Assembly: GCA_904420525.1 (NCBI GenBank)
Contig: CAJFVT010000101.1
Coordinates: forward strand, 3,546-67,545
Reading direction: 5' to 3'
DNA from: an uncultured Clostridia bacterium
Lineage (GTDB): Bacteria > Bacillota > Clostridia > UBA1381
Length of the DNA stretch: 64,000 nucleotides
Shown: positions 39,568-48,290 of the stretch, piece by piece
How the letters are laid out: every line of letters starts with the position of its first letter
Position numbering within the stretch: the first letter of the stretch is position 1
The notes under the pieces: generated by a model
The model's database searches: none
What the model saw: only the letters and a program-made list of their open reading frames with translations
Told to the model about the DNA's origin: nothing
Made by a program: the position numbers and the translations under genes

Positions 39568-39736
39568 TTTAATTGTCGCTTCCGCCGTCCTCAAATTCGC
39601 AGAGTCTCTCCAATACCAGAGAAAAAGGACCAAATGCGGAAACCTCACGATTCAACGTTTCCTCGGCATATTCCGGAAACATCGAACGGTTTAAAAGTAT
39701 CTTGCCCGACGGGCTTCTTCTCGTAAGTCTTTCCAT
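39568..39736 (-). pseudogene. second copy of the small ORF, disrupted by a 1-nt frameshift in an AAGAAGAAG run
   Basis: ATG 39736 with a GGAGGT RBS gives MERLTKK.. then a stop after 30 codons. The +1 frame continues as ..SPSGKILLNRSMFPEYAEETLNREVSAFGPFSLVLERLCEFEDGGSDN* and is colinear with the 38727-38903 product. Span is 169 nt (168+1). Confidence 0.55.
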
Positions 39737-39890
39737 GACTATACCTCCGTTTCCTTGTTTTTAGGCTCAATCAGACCTAAGATCAAATCAACCTAAGTTC
39801 CATATTTCTTTCAGGCAGTCCCACGACCAATACATAAATCACAACACATATCCTGCTAAGAACATCCTGGCTGCGCTGCAATATAAATAT

Positions 39891-39947
39891 TTAACTTGGT
39901 TAATTATTTATTAAGTTAATTATAGCACTAAAATAATTATTTGTCAA
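39891..39947 (-). promoter_or_regulatory. consensus promoter plus inverted repeat (candidate MarR operator)
   Basis: Minus strand: TTGACA (39947-39942), 17-nt spacer, TATAAT (39924-39919). Inverted repeat TTAACTT-N15-AAGTTAA spans 39891-39919 and abuts the -10. Confidence 0.6.
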
Positions 39948-40104
39948 TAGGTCAACATAAAAGTTAATAATTCATTCATTTTTTTTATTGGAATATTTGC
40001 CGCAGCAACGCTGAACGCTGTTTCAGGTATAGATATCCAGCATTGATTATGGTTTACATAACATTACAAGGGGTATCTGTAACATATGTACTACCGCCGG
40101 CATA

Positions 40105-40146
40105 TAAAAAAAGCGCCGCACGAATAAAACCTATCCATACGGCGCT
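40105..40146 (-). terminator. terminator of the amino-acid ABC operon
   Basis: AGCGCCG (40112-40118) / CGGCGCT (40140-40146), with an 8-nt U-run on the minus strand. Confidence 0.7.
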
Positions 40147-40158
40147 CTGATATTGCTC

Positions 40159-40938
40159 TTAAAGCATCTTTGACAGAAATGCTCTCGTTCTCTCGTTTTT
40201 AGGATTGTCGATGACCTCTTCTGGGGTACCGTCCTCAAGTACCTTTCCCTCATTCATGAATATTATCCTGTCGGCAACATTTTTTGCAAACTCTATTTCA
40301 TGAGTTACTATTACCATAGTCATATGCTTCTGCGCAAGATCCTTTATTACCTTGAGTATCTCATTAGTAAGCTCCGGATCAAGCGCAGAGGTCGGCTCGT
40401 CAAAGAAAAGTATCTTCGGATCAAGCGCAAGCGCGCGTGATATAGACACCCTCTGCTGCTGCCCTCCCGAAAGCTCACAGGGGTAGCTCTCGAGCTTATC
40501 AGAAAGCCCGACTCTGCCCAGAAGCTCGCGGGCATTTTCATCTATTTCCGCAAACAGCTCCCTTTTTCGCTGCTTAAAATCCTCGCGCTCCTTTGCAAGA
40601 AGCTTTGGAGCAAGCGTCACATTCTCAAGCACATTATACTGCGGAAAGAGATTGAACGACTGAAACACCAGCCCGAAATTCAGCTGACGGCGGCGCATCT
40701 CCGCCGCGGATATCTTCCGCTTGTCAGCAGCGTCGAAAATACATTCCCCATCAACAAATATCTGTCCGGAGGTAGCGGTCTCAAGAAAATTTATGCACCG
40801 GAGCAGCGTGGTTTTCCCGCTGCCCGAAGATCCAAGCACCGCTATTATCTCTCCCTTTTCCATCGAAAAGTTTATCCCCTTTAAAACCTCGGTCCTGCCA
40901 AAATTTTTATAAAGGTCCTTTACTTCAAGAATAGCCAT
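40159..40938 (-). CDS. polar amino acid ABC transporter, ATP-binding protein
   Basis: GSSGSGKTT, LSGGQQQRVSISRAL, LFFDEPTSALD. ATG 40938 with a GAGGAGG RBS. Confidence 0.95.
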   Translation of the reverse strand: MAILEVKDLYKNFGRTEVLKGINFSMEKGEIIAVLGSSGSGKTTLLRCINFLETATSGQIFVDGECIFDAADKRKISAAEMRRRQLNFGLVFQSFNLFPQYNVLENVTLAPKLLAKEREDFKQRKRELFAEIDENARELLGRVGLSDKLESYPCELSGGQQQRVSISRALALDPKILFFDEPTSALDPELTNEILKVIKDLAQKHMTMVIVTHEIEFAKNVADRIIFMNEGKVLEDGTPEEVIDNPKNERTRAFLSKML

Positions 40939-40952
40939 ATTCCGCAGCCTCC

Positions 40953-41588
40953 TCACGCCTTGTAATAATCAAGCTTCTTCTCAAGCTTTCCAAATAAAAG
41001 TGTCAGTATCCCGCACATCGCCAGGAAGAATAATCCGGTAGAGAAGAGCGGCCATATAAGTCCCATTTTTGAAAAACGCTCTGCGCTCATTATTATCTCA
41101 CCCACACCAATTATACGAGCGAGCGATGTATCCTTTACCAAGGTCATTATCTCATTGCCCATAGGCGGCACGATCCTTTTGATCACCTGAAACAGCACTA
41201 TCTTTGCAAAGACCTGTGTTTTTGTAAGTCCTAAAACCTGTCCGGCCTCATACTGCCCTCTCGGTATGCTCTCTATACCGCCTCTGTATATCTCTGAGAA
41301 ATATGCAGCATAGTTTACTATAAAAGCTATCATTGCCGCCATAAGCCTTGAACGCATTGGCATGTCAAACAGTATTCCAGGCGCGTAATAGATCACAAAC
41401 AGCTGCAGCATAAGAGGCGTTCCCCTGATGATCCATACAAACAGCTTTGAAACGAACGACAGCGGCTTGAATTTTGACATCGAACAAAAAGTGATGAGCA
41501 GTCCCAGCGGCACCGCGCACAGTATCGTTACGAAAAAAAGAATAAGATTATACTTAAAACCTTCAAAAAGTGACAACCATTGTTCCAT
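40953..41588 (-). CDS. polar amino acid ABC transporter, permease (HisM/GlnP type)
   Basis: 211 aa, 5 TM helices, EAA-like loop (..IESIPRGQYEAGQVLGLTKTQVF..). Confidence 0.95.
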   Translation of the reverse strand: MEQWLSLFEGFKYNLILFFVTILCAVPLGLLITFCSMSKFKPLSFVSKLFVWIIRGTPLMLQLFVIYYAPGILFDMPMRSRLMAAMIAFIVNYAAYFSEIYRGGIESIPRGQYEAGQVLGLTKTQVFAKIVLFQVIKRIVPPMGNEIMTLVKDTSLARIIGVGEIIMSAERFSKMGLIWPLFSTGLFFLAMCGILTLLFGKLEKKLDYYKA

Positions 41589-41745
41589 ATTATGTACTTC
41601 TCCTATTATTTATTGTACAGATGATCTATTGTGAAAAACGGTCATTGCTCCGTTTTGGAAATTCCCGGAGCTGCTCCGAGATTTTCCAAAGCGCAGAAAT
41701 GCAGGCAAATGCGTCCGCAGACGCACTTGCCTGGTTATGTACACG

Positions 41746-42558
41746 TTATTCAGCTATCAAAAGAGGTGTAAGCTCATACTTGTCAGCTATTTCCTTAAGT
41801 GTGCCGTCATTTACAAGCTCAGTTATTATAGAATTGACCTCTGCTGTGATATCAGAACCCTTTCTGAATGCTATGCCATAATTCTCCGATTCGAAGCTTT
41901 TATCTATAAATGTAAGATCTGAGAAGTCCGTTCCATCGCCTACAGAGGCTGTAGCCATAACATAGTCGATAACTGCCACATCAGCAGTCCCCGCCTCTAC
42001 TTCCATAAGTGCCGTAGCCTGCGACTGTACATCTGTATAGTTCGCGTTCGCAAAGAACTCATCCGCCAGAGCAAGCTCGTCTCCTGCCGAACCGGCCTCC
42101 GCAACGACGTTTGCACCGTCAACACTGTCTGTATACTTATCAACATCGGCAGCTCTCATCACGAGTACCTGTCTGTTCTCAAGATACGGAGTCGAGATCG
42201 ACATCGTCTCTTCCCTTTCAGGAGTTATAGTCAAACCGTTCCAGATACAGTCGATAGTCTTTGCATCAAGCTCCATTTCCTTGGAATTCCAGTCTATCTC
42301 ATGAAATTCCGGCGTCACTCCGAGCTTTTCACAAACAGCTGTTGCAAATTCAGTTTCAAACCCTGTAAGCTCGCCGTTTTCATCAGTATAGTTGAGCGGA
42401 TCTATCACAGTATAGCCTATCTTGAGCGATCCATTATCTCTTACATACGCAAGATCTGACTCTGTTTCTGATCCGGCTGTCTCATTTGTCGTCTGTGAAC
42501 ATCCCGCAGCTGCTATTAGCATAGCTGCCGCCGCCGCGATAGCGAAAAACTTTTTCAT
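41746..42558 (-). CDS. amino acid ABC transporter substrate-binding lipoprotein
   Basis: Lipobox IAAAGC. Family-3 SBP pattern (..LKIGYTVIDPLNY.., DCIWNGLTITPER). Confidence 0.9.
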   Translation of the reverse strand: MKKFFAIAAAAAMLIAAAGCSQTTNETAGSETESDLAYVRDNGSLKIGYTVIDPLNYTDENGELTGFETEFATAVCEKLGVTPEFHEIDWNSKEMELDAKTIDCIWNGLTITPEREETMSISTPYLENRQVLVMRAADVDKYTDSVDGANVVAEAGSAGDELALADEFFANANYTDVQSQATALMEVEAGTADVAVIDYVMATASVGDGTDFSDLTFIDKSFESENYGIAFRKGSDITAEVNSIITELVNDGTLKEIADKYELTPLLIAE

Positions 42559-42673
42559 AATTTATTCTCCTCATTCCTTACTTTGATTTGCGCTTTATAC
42601 ACAAAAGACTATATAAGCATGAACCGCCGTGCCGCTGTATATAAAACACATGCACGCAAAAAATCGCACTATT

Positions 42674-42702
42674 ATTCTACCACATAATATCAGATGTGTC
42701 AA
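42674..42702 (-). promoter_or_regulatory. sigma-A type promoter of the ABC importer operon
   Basis: Minus strand: TTGACA (42702-42697), 17-nt spacer, TAGAAT (42679-42674). Confidence 0.65.
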
Positions 42703-42765
42703 GCAATTTCAGTTATTTTCAGCGAAATATCAGCCTTGAAACGCCCCTGACTGCTCAAACAGCAC

Positions 42766-42813
42766 AAAAAAACTGCCGCGCAGTACAGTTCATAAAACCG
42801 TCCCGCGCAGCAG
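42766..42813 (-). terminator. terminator after the DUF1858 gene
   Basis: 11-bp GC-rich stem (42773-42784 / 42802-42813, two G-U pairs), with a 7-nt U-run on the minus strand. Confidence 0.7.
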
Positions 42814-42827
42814 ACTTTTTTGATCAT

Positions 42828-43031
42828 TCACTTTTTTGCCAGAAAATCATTTATGTTTTTTATGAGCGAGTCCGCATCCATACCATGCACCATGCATGCC
42901 TCTTCGATCGACTCCCCCTGTGACGCGGGGCAGCCTACACAGTGCATTCCCGCATCCATAAGAATATCGGCAATGCCGTAATCCATCATAAGTGCCTCGC
43001 CTATAAGCGTATCCTTTGTTACCTGTGCCAT
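42828..43031 (-). CDS. DUF1858-type small redox-disulfide protein
   Basis: 67 aa. ..DILMDAGMHCVGCPASQGESIEEAC.. matches the hybrid-cluster-protein-associated DUF1858 pattern. Confidence 0.8.
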   Translation of the reverse strand: MAQVTKDTLIGEALMMDYGIADILMDAGMHCVGCPASQGESIEEACMVHGMDADSLIKNINDFLAKK

Positions 43032-43101
43032 ATTTTTTTCCTCCTATAATTTTTGATCAGTGATCGCGAAACATCCGCTTCACAATTGCCCATTATTTGT
43101 A

Positions 43102-44901
43102 TCAGCCCGCAAAACAAGCTTCAAATTCCTCTCCGGAGATCGTTTCCTTATCAAGAAGCAGCTCGGCTATACTGACCAGCTTATCCATATGCTCCTTTAG
43201 TATACGCTCCGTTTCCCTGTATTGCGCCGAAATGATAGAACGCACCTCCTCGTCTATCTCAGCCGCAGTCTTTTCAGAATATCCCTTCGAATGTCCGAAA
43301 TCCCGGCCTAAAAACACCTCGCTGCCGTCATCATATGAGACTGGTCCTACCTTTTCGCTCATACCGTACTTCGTTACCATGTCCCTTGCGACTGCTGTCG
43401 CGCGCTGTATATCATTAGAAGCGCCTGTGCTTATGTCATCCATAGTAAGAGCTTCGGCAACGCGCCCGCCGAGCATAACGATTATGCTGCTGAGCATCTC
43501 GCTTCGCGACATATACATCCTGTTGTCCGATTCCGGCAGATACATGGTAAATCCTCCCGCTCTGCCTCGCGGTACTATCGATACCGTGGACACCTCCTGA
43601 GATGAATCCACTACCCTTGCAGCGATCGCGTGACCCGCTTCATGATATGCAGTGAGCTTCCTCTCGTTATCGGACATGATCTTTGACTTCTTTTCAGCTC
43701 CCATCATCACCTTGAGATTGGCCTGCTCTATATCACCGTTCGTGATGCGAACATGCTTCTTTTTTGCTGCTATGATGGCCGCCTCATTCATAAGATTTGC
43801 CAGATCCGCACCGGAATATCCAGTGGTCGTTTTTGCGATCTTTGCCAGATCAACATTCTCAGCCAGCGGCTTAGTTTCGGAATGCACCTTGAGCACAGCC
43901 TCTCTGCCTCGCACATCCGGATAATCAACTACCACCTGCCGGTCAAAGCGTCCCGGTCTTAAAAGCGCCTTGTCAAGGATATCAGGCCGGTTCGTTGCGG
44001 CAATTATGATGACCCCGTCATTATCTCCGAAGCCATCCATCTCCACAAGCAGCTGATTCAACGTTTGCTCGCGCTCGTCATGTCCGCCGCCCATTCCAGC
44101 GCCCCTCTTCCTGCCGACAGCGTCTATCTCATCGATGAATATGATGCACGGCTTGTTTCTCTTTGCCTGCTCAAACATATCCCTTACCCTCGACGCTCCC
44201 ACTCCAACGTACAGCTCAACGAAATCCGAACCGCTTATAGAGAAAAACGGGACTCCGGCTTCTCCTGCTACCGCCTTCGCAAGCAGTGTCTTTCCGTTGC
44301 CGGGCGCGCCTACAAGCAGTATGCCTCTTGGGATCCTTGCTCCGAGCTTTGTATATTTAGTAGGATCCTTCAAAAAATCTACTATCTCTTCAAGCTCCGC
44401 CTTTTCCTCTACAGCTCCCGCAACATCCTTGAAGGTCACATTGGTCCTTCCGCTCTGAAGCTTTGCTCTGCTTTTCGTAAATCCGCCGCCGGTACCGCCG
44501 CGTTTTGCAAAACTGACCAGCAGTATAACTATTAAAATGCCCAAAAACAGCACATCTATTACACTCATGATCGAAAAGCGCTGCTGCCTTGACTCTATTT
44601 CAAGAACACCTCTGGTCATCTGGTCGGCAATATCGTCTCCGGCATCATCATAAAGCACCTCGACTGAGGGGATAGTTGCCTTGCACTCAGTTACCGAGCC
44701 TGATTCGCTCCTTATCTCAGCTGTTACAGAGGTATCGGACAATTCCATTTTTACAACCTGCTCGTTTTTTATTGAAGCTATAAGATCTGAATACAGGATC
44801 TCCGGCTGCCTGTTCGAGGAATTTGACATATACAAATATCCTATATATGCAACCGCGAGTACGATTATCCATATCCCGAACTCACGAAAAAATTTTCGCA
44901 A
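43102..44901 (-). CDS. ftsH: ATP-dependent zinc metalloprotease FtsH
   Basis: TM-periplasmic-TM N-terminus, AAA+ ([22 protein letters not shown]), HEAGH zinc site. Confidence 0.97.
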   Translation of the reverse strand: MRKFFREFGIWIIVLAVAYIGYLYMSNSSNRQPEILYSDLIASIKNEQVVKMELSDTSVTAEIRSESGSVTECKATIPSVEVLYDDAGDDIADQMTRGVLEIESRQQRFSIMSVIDVLFLGILIVILLVSFAKRGGTGGGFTKSRAKLQSGRTNVTFKDVAGAVEEKAELEEIVDFLKDPTKYTKLGARIPRGILLVGAPGNGKTLLAKAVAGEAGVPFFSISGSDFVELYVGVGASRVRDMFEQAKRNKPCIIFIDEIDAVGRKRGAGMGGGHDEREQTLNQLLVEMDGFGDNDGVIIIAATNRPDILDKALLRPGRFDRQVVVDYPDVRGREAVLKVHSETKPLAENVDLAKIAKTTTGYSGADLANLMNEAAIIAAKKKHVRITNGDIEQANLKVMMGAEKKSKIMSDNERKLTAYHEAGHAIAARVVDSSQEVSTVSIVPRGRAGGFTMYLPESDNRMYMSRSEMLSSIIVMLGGRVAEALTMDDISTGASNDIQRATAVARDMVTKYGMSEKVGPVSYDDGSEVFLGRDFGHSKGYSEKTAAEIDEEVRSIISAQYRETERILKEHMDKLVSIAELLLDKETISGEEFEACFAG

Positions 44902-44926
44902 ACGAACACCTCCTAAAATGCGTTGT

Positions 44927-44950
44927 AGAAAAAGCCTGCTATAGGCTTTT
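44927..44950 (-). terminator. short terminator/attenuator between tilS and ftsH
   Basis: AAAGCCT / AGGCTTT stem with a U-run on the minus strand. Confidence 0.6.
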
Positions 44951-44986
44951 CAACTTAGATAATTGTATCATAAATTTCGTATTATT

Positions 44987-46333
44987 TCAATACGAAATCC
45001 GAATTTTTATCCCAAAGCTTTTAAATTTGAACCGATCATCACGGCGATAGCCCATTACCCACGCTATTTTGCCGTCTATCGTCAGTATCCCGACCGAATC
45101 TCTGTCATCCCTGGGGATCTTGGTATCTATCATAAAGTCCTTGAGCTTTTTAGTTCCATTCATCCCCGACGGGACAAAGCTGTCTCCCGGACGCCGACTG
45201 CGTATCTCAAGCTCTGCGCCGCCTATATCCTCTGCCAGCCTGCCGGGAATTGAAAAATATTCGCCGTCACCTTTTTTTTGATCTGCCCTCTCCGCATGGA
45301 CGGTGAAGCCCAGCTCCGGTATATACAGCCCGCTGCCCAAGGAAAGCCTGTATGCAAACCCCTCCGCAGATCTCCGGCGCAAGGCTATCTTAAGCCTTCC
45401 GTATCCTACCGAGGCGGCCGCCGCTCTGTTTATGTCGGCTCTTGTTCCCGTTTTGTTCTCTGCCGCTATCTTTATCACAGATCTTATAACAGCCGAAGAA
45501 ACATCAGCAGTGCCGCAGCACTCGTCTATCATCATCCGCACGATCCTGAGCTGCATTGCCGGATGGAGCGAGTTCAGCACAGCCGTCTCTATCGCGCCGT
45601 CCTTTACATGCTCTGCATAAAGCCCTTCAGCCTCACCGCGAATAAAATCCTCCTCGCAGCTTATCACCGCAGCGTTTTTGGTTACAGTCTCTGTAAATGC
45701 AGGATTGAATTCCTTTTCTATAAATGGTATCAGCCTGTGCCGTATCCTATTACGCGTATACAGCTCCTCAAAATTCGTCGCATCGGTCACGTACTCTATC
45801 GAATTTTCAGCACAATACCGCTCTATCTCATCTCTGGACACATCGAGCAGCGGCCGTATTATCCTGTCCCGCCTGTACGGGATCCCGCACAGCCCGGTCA
45901 TACCGCTGCCGCGCATAAAATTCATAACTATCGTTTCCGCATTGTCGTTCCTATGATGCGCGGTAGCGGTACAGTCGATACCGTTCTCATTCATGAGACG
46001 CTCAAAATAATCATATCTGACAGCTCTTCCGGCCTGCTCCTCGCTCATCCCATGCTCTTTTGCGTAACCCTTGACATCCGCCCGGAGAGAAAATATCTCT
46101 ATCCCCAAAGACGCAGCAAACCGTTTTGAAAAATCCTCGTCGCGGTCGGCATCGGCACCGCGCAGACAATGATTTACATGAGCCGCGCTGACCGTAAATC
46201 CGTATTTTACGGAGAGTCTTTTCAATACATGCGCAAGAGCAGCACTGTCGGCTCCGCCGCTCAGTCCTATAAGTATTGAGCCGCAGCCCGTCATACCATG
46301 CTCCAGCATCGTTTTTTCAACCTTTTCTATCAT
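44987..46333 (-). CDS. tilS: tRNA(Ile)-lysidine synthetase
   Basis: PP-loop LSGGADSAAL. C-terminal TilS substrate-binding region (..RRPGDSFVPSGMNGTKKLKDF..). Confidence 0.9.
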   Translation of the reverse strand: MIEKVEKTMLEHGMTGCGSILIGLSGGADSAALAHVLKRLSVKYGFTVSAAHVNHCLRGADADRDEDFSKRFAASLGIEIFSLRADVKGYAKEHGMSEEQAGRAVRYDYFERLMNENGIDCTATAHHRNDNAETIVMNFMRGSGMTGLCGIPYRRDRIIRPLLDVSRDEIERYCAENSIEYVTDATNFEELYTRNRIRHRLIPFIEKEFNPAFTETVTKNAAVISCEEDFIRGEAEGLYAEHVKDGAIETAVLNSLHPAMQLRIVRMMIDECCGTADVSSAVIRSVIKIAAENKTGTRADINRAAAASVGYGRLKIALRRRSAEGFAYRLSLGSGLYIPELGFTVHAERADQKKGDGEYFSIPGRLAEDIGGAELEIRSRRPGDSFVPSGMNGTKKLKDFMIDTKIPRDDRDSVGILTIDGKIAWVMGYRRDDRFKFKSFGIKIRISY

Positions 46334-47727
46334 GACTCTTCCGCCCTGTATTCTATATTTCTGAATTTCGTATATTCTCCCTTGAAGCCGAGCTGAAATG
46401 TGTCGGTCTCACCGTTTCTGTTCTTTGCTATGATACATTCCGCAAGCTCCTTTTCCTCCGGATCCTTGCTGTAATAATAGTTTCGGAACAGGAACATTAC
46501 CATATCCGCATCCTGCTCTATCGCACCGGACTCACGCAGATCCGACAATATAGGTCTCTTTCCCTTCTGCGACTCGCTCTCTCGCTTCAGCTGTGAAAGG
46601 GCTATCACGGGAATATCAAGCTCCTTCGCAAGCACCTTGAGCGATCTTGATATCTCAGATATCTCCTGCTGACGGCTCTCGCTCCTGCCGCTGCCCTGCA
46701 TGAGCTGCAGGTAGTCGATAACGACCATTGCAAGATCCTTTGTCTGCTTTAGCCTCCTGCATTTTGCGCGTATCTGAGACACTGTGATCGATGCTGTATC
46801 ATCTATATACATAGGCGATTTTGCAATAACGTCAGCAACATCGCATATCTTTTCCCAGTCCTCCATCTCCATCGTTCCGTTTCTGATACGGCCGTTGTTA
46901 ACAAGCGCCTGAGAGCACAATATTCTGTTTACTATCTGTTCCTTAGGCATTTCGAGATTGAATATCGCGACAGTCTTACCCAGATTTATACTTACATATT
47001 CCGCTATATTTACAGCAAATGTCGATTTTCCCATTCCGGGACGCCCCGCAATGATTATAAGCTCACCGCCATGGAAGCCTCCCGTTCTCTTATTCAGCTC
47101 GTCAAAGCCTGTAGGGATACCGGTTATGCCTCCGGCATTCTCGGCATTTTTTGCAAGAGTGTCATAACTCGTCTGCAGGATATCGCTTATATGCACAAGA
47201 TCGTTCTGCTCCCTTGATGACGATATGTCAAATATCATCTGCTCAGACCGCTCAAGCAGCCTTGCCAGCGAATCATTTTCATCATACGCCATCCTGGAGA
47301 TCGAATTTGCTCCCTTGATAAGGTCGCGCAGCACCGCTTTCTCCTTGATTATATCCGCATAATATTTCACATGACGAGTCGTTGGCACGCCAGTGATCAG
47401 CTTCTTGAGATAATCCACTCCTCCTACGGCCTCAAGCTTATTATTGACCTTGAGCCTTTCGGCGACCGTTACAAAATCGATCGCCTTATTCTCATTGAAG
47501 AGCTGCATTACCGCTTCAAAAACATATTTATTATCCGAAAAATAAAAATCCTCCGGCATCAGCCGCTCCGCCGCATCACCAAAGCTTGAAGCATCCTTCA
47601 GAGCGCTGCCTATGACCGCCTGCTCCGCCTCCATATTAAAGGGAAGATCGCGTTCTTCGACAAACTGAGCGTTAAGCCGCTCTAACGGTATCCGATCTTC
47701 ATCTGTCCGGTTTTCCCCGCCGTTCAT
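46330..47727 (-). CDS. dnaB: replicative DNA helicase
   Basis: PFNMEAEQAVIGS.., GRPGMGKST, IDYLQLM, LSQLKRESE. Confidence 0.97.
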   Translation of the reverse strand: MNGGENRTDEDRIPLERLNAQFVEERDLPFNMEAEQAVIGSALKDASSFGDAAERLMPEDFYFSDNKYVFEAVMQLFNENKAIDFVTVAERLKVNNKLEAVGGVDYLKKLITGVPTTRHVKYYADIIKEKAVLRDLIKGANSISRMAYDENDSLARLLERSEQMIFDISSSREQNDLVHISDILQTSYDTLAKNAENAGGITGIPTGFDELNKRTGGFHGGELIIIAGRPGMGKSTFAVNIAEYVSINLGKTVAIFNLEMPKEQIVNRILCSQALVNNGRIRNGTMEMEDWEKICDVADVIAKSPMYIDDTASITVSQIRAKCRRLKQTKDLAMVVIDYLQLMQGSGRSESRQQEISEISRSLKVLAKELDIPVIALSQLKRESESQKGKRPILSDLRESGAIEQDADMVMFLFRNYYYSKDPEEKELAECIIAKNRNGETDTFQLGFKGEYTKFRNIEYRAEES

Positions 47728-47810
47728 TACTCCTTCATTCCTTCCCTTGTATATTCTTAAGCCGCAAAACGCCCCCGGATATCCCTTAAGCTCCGGGAGC
47801 GCCTAAGCAG

Positions 47811-48257
47811 TCACTGCTGTACCACATTCACCTTAAGTGTTCCATTTATTCCGGTATATATTTTTACTGTTACCTCTGTAACGCCCAGCACCTTTATTCC
47901 ATCGGGCATAACAAACTTTTTCTTGTCAAGCTTGATATGATGCTGAGCAGTTAAAGCCTCCGATACATCCTTTGACGTTACTGAGCCGAACAGTTTGCCG
48001 TTATCGCCCGCCTTAGCCTTTATAACCACTTCGATCTCTTTCATCTTTTCCGCGATGCTCTTGGCCTCTTCTGTCTCTGTTTTGATCTTGTATTCCAACG
48101 ATTCACGTTTTCCCTTCAGCACGTTTATATTCGATTTTGTAGCTTCCGTTGCAAGCCCCTTCGGCAAGAGGTAATTTCTTGCATAACCATCAGAAACTTT
48201 TACCATTTGCCCCTTCTTGCCCTGTCCTTTAACATCCTGTGTTAATATAACCTGCAT
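47811..48257 (-). CDS. rplI: 50S ribosomal protein L9
   Basis: MQVILTQDVKGQGKKGQMVKVSDGYARNYLLPKGLA. Confidence 0.95.
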   Translation of the reverse strand: MQVILTQDVKGQGKKGQMVKVSDGYARNYLLPKGLATEATKSNINVLKGKRESLEYKIKTETEEAKSIAEKMKEIEVVIKAKAGDNGKLFGSVTSKDVSEALTAQHHIKLDKKKFVMPDGIKVLGVTEVTVKIYTGINGTLKVNVVQQ

Positions 48258-48290
48258 ATAAAACAACTCCTTTTGTATATTTTTCCGTTA

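Noticed and set aside
39573-39764. 63-aa plus-strand ORF
   Set aside because: Antisense to the frameshifted small-ORF copy. The homology signal (to 38727-38903) is on the minus strand.
42559-42673. ~108-nt 5' leader of the amino-acid ABC operon (also the purF-like leader at 52963-53005), checked for a T-box or riboswitch
   Set aside because: I found no T-box specifier or antiterminator signature and no purine-riboswitch core. The leaders look unstructured.
44902-44986. No hpt gene between tilS and ftsH
   Set aside because: The tilS-hpt-ftsH order is common but not universal. The 85-nt gap holds only a small hairpin and the ftsH RBS, with no sign of a degraded gene.
45278-46129. 283-aa plus-strand ORF
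   Set aside because: Antisense to tilS, which has the PP-loop motif. No RBS, and the composition is Arg/Tyr/Cys-rich.
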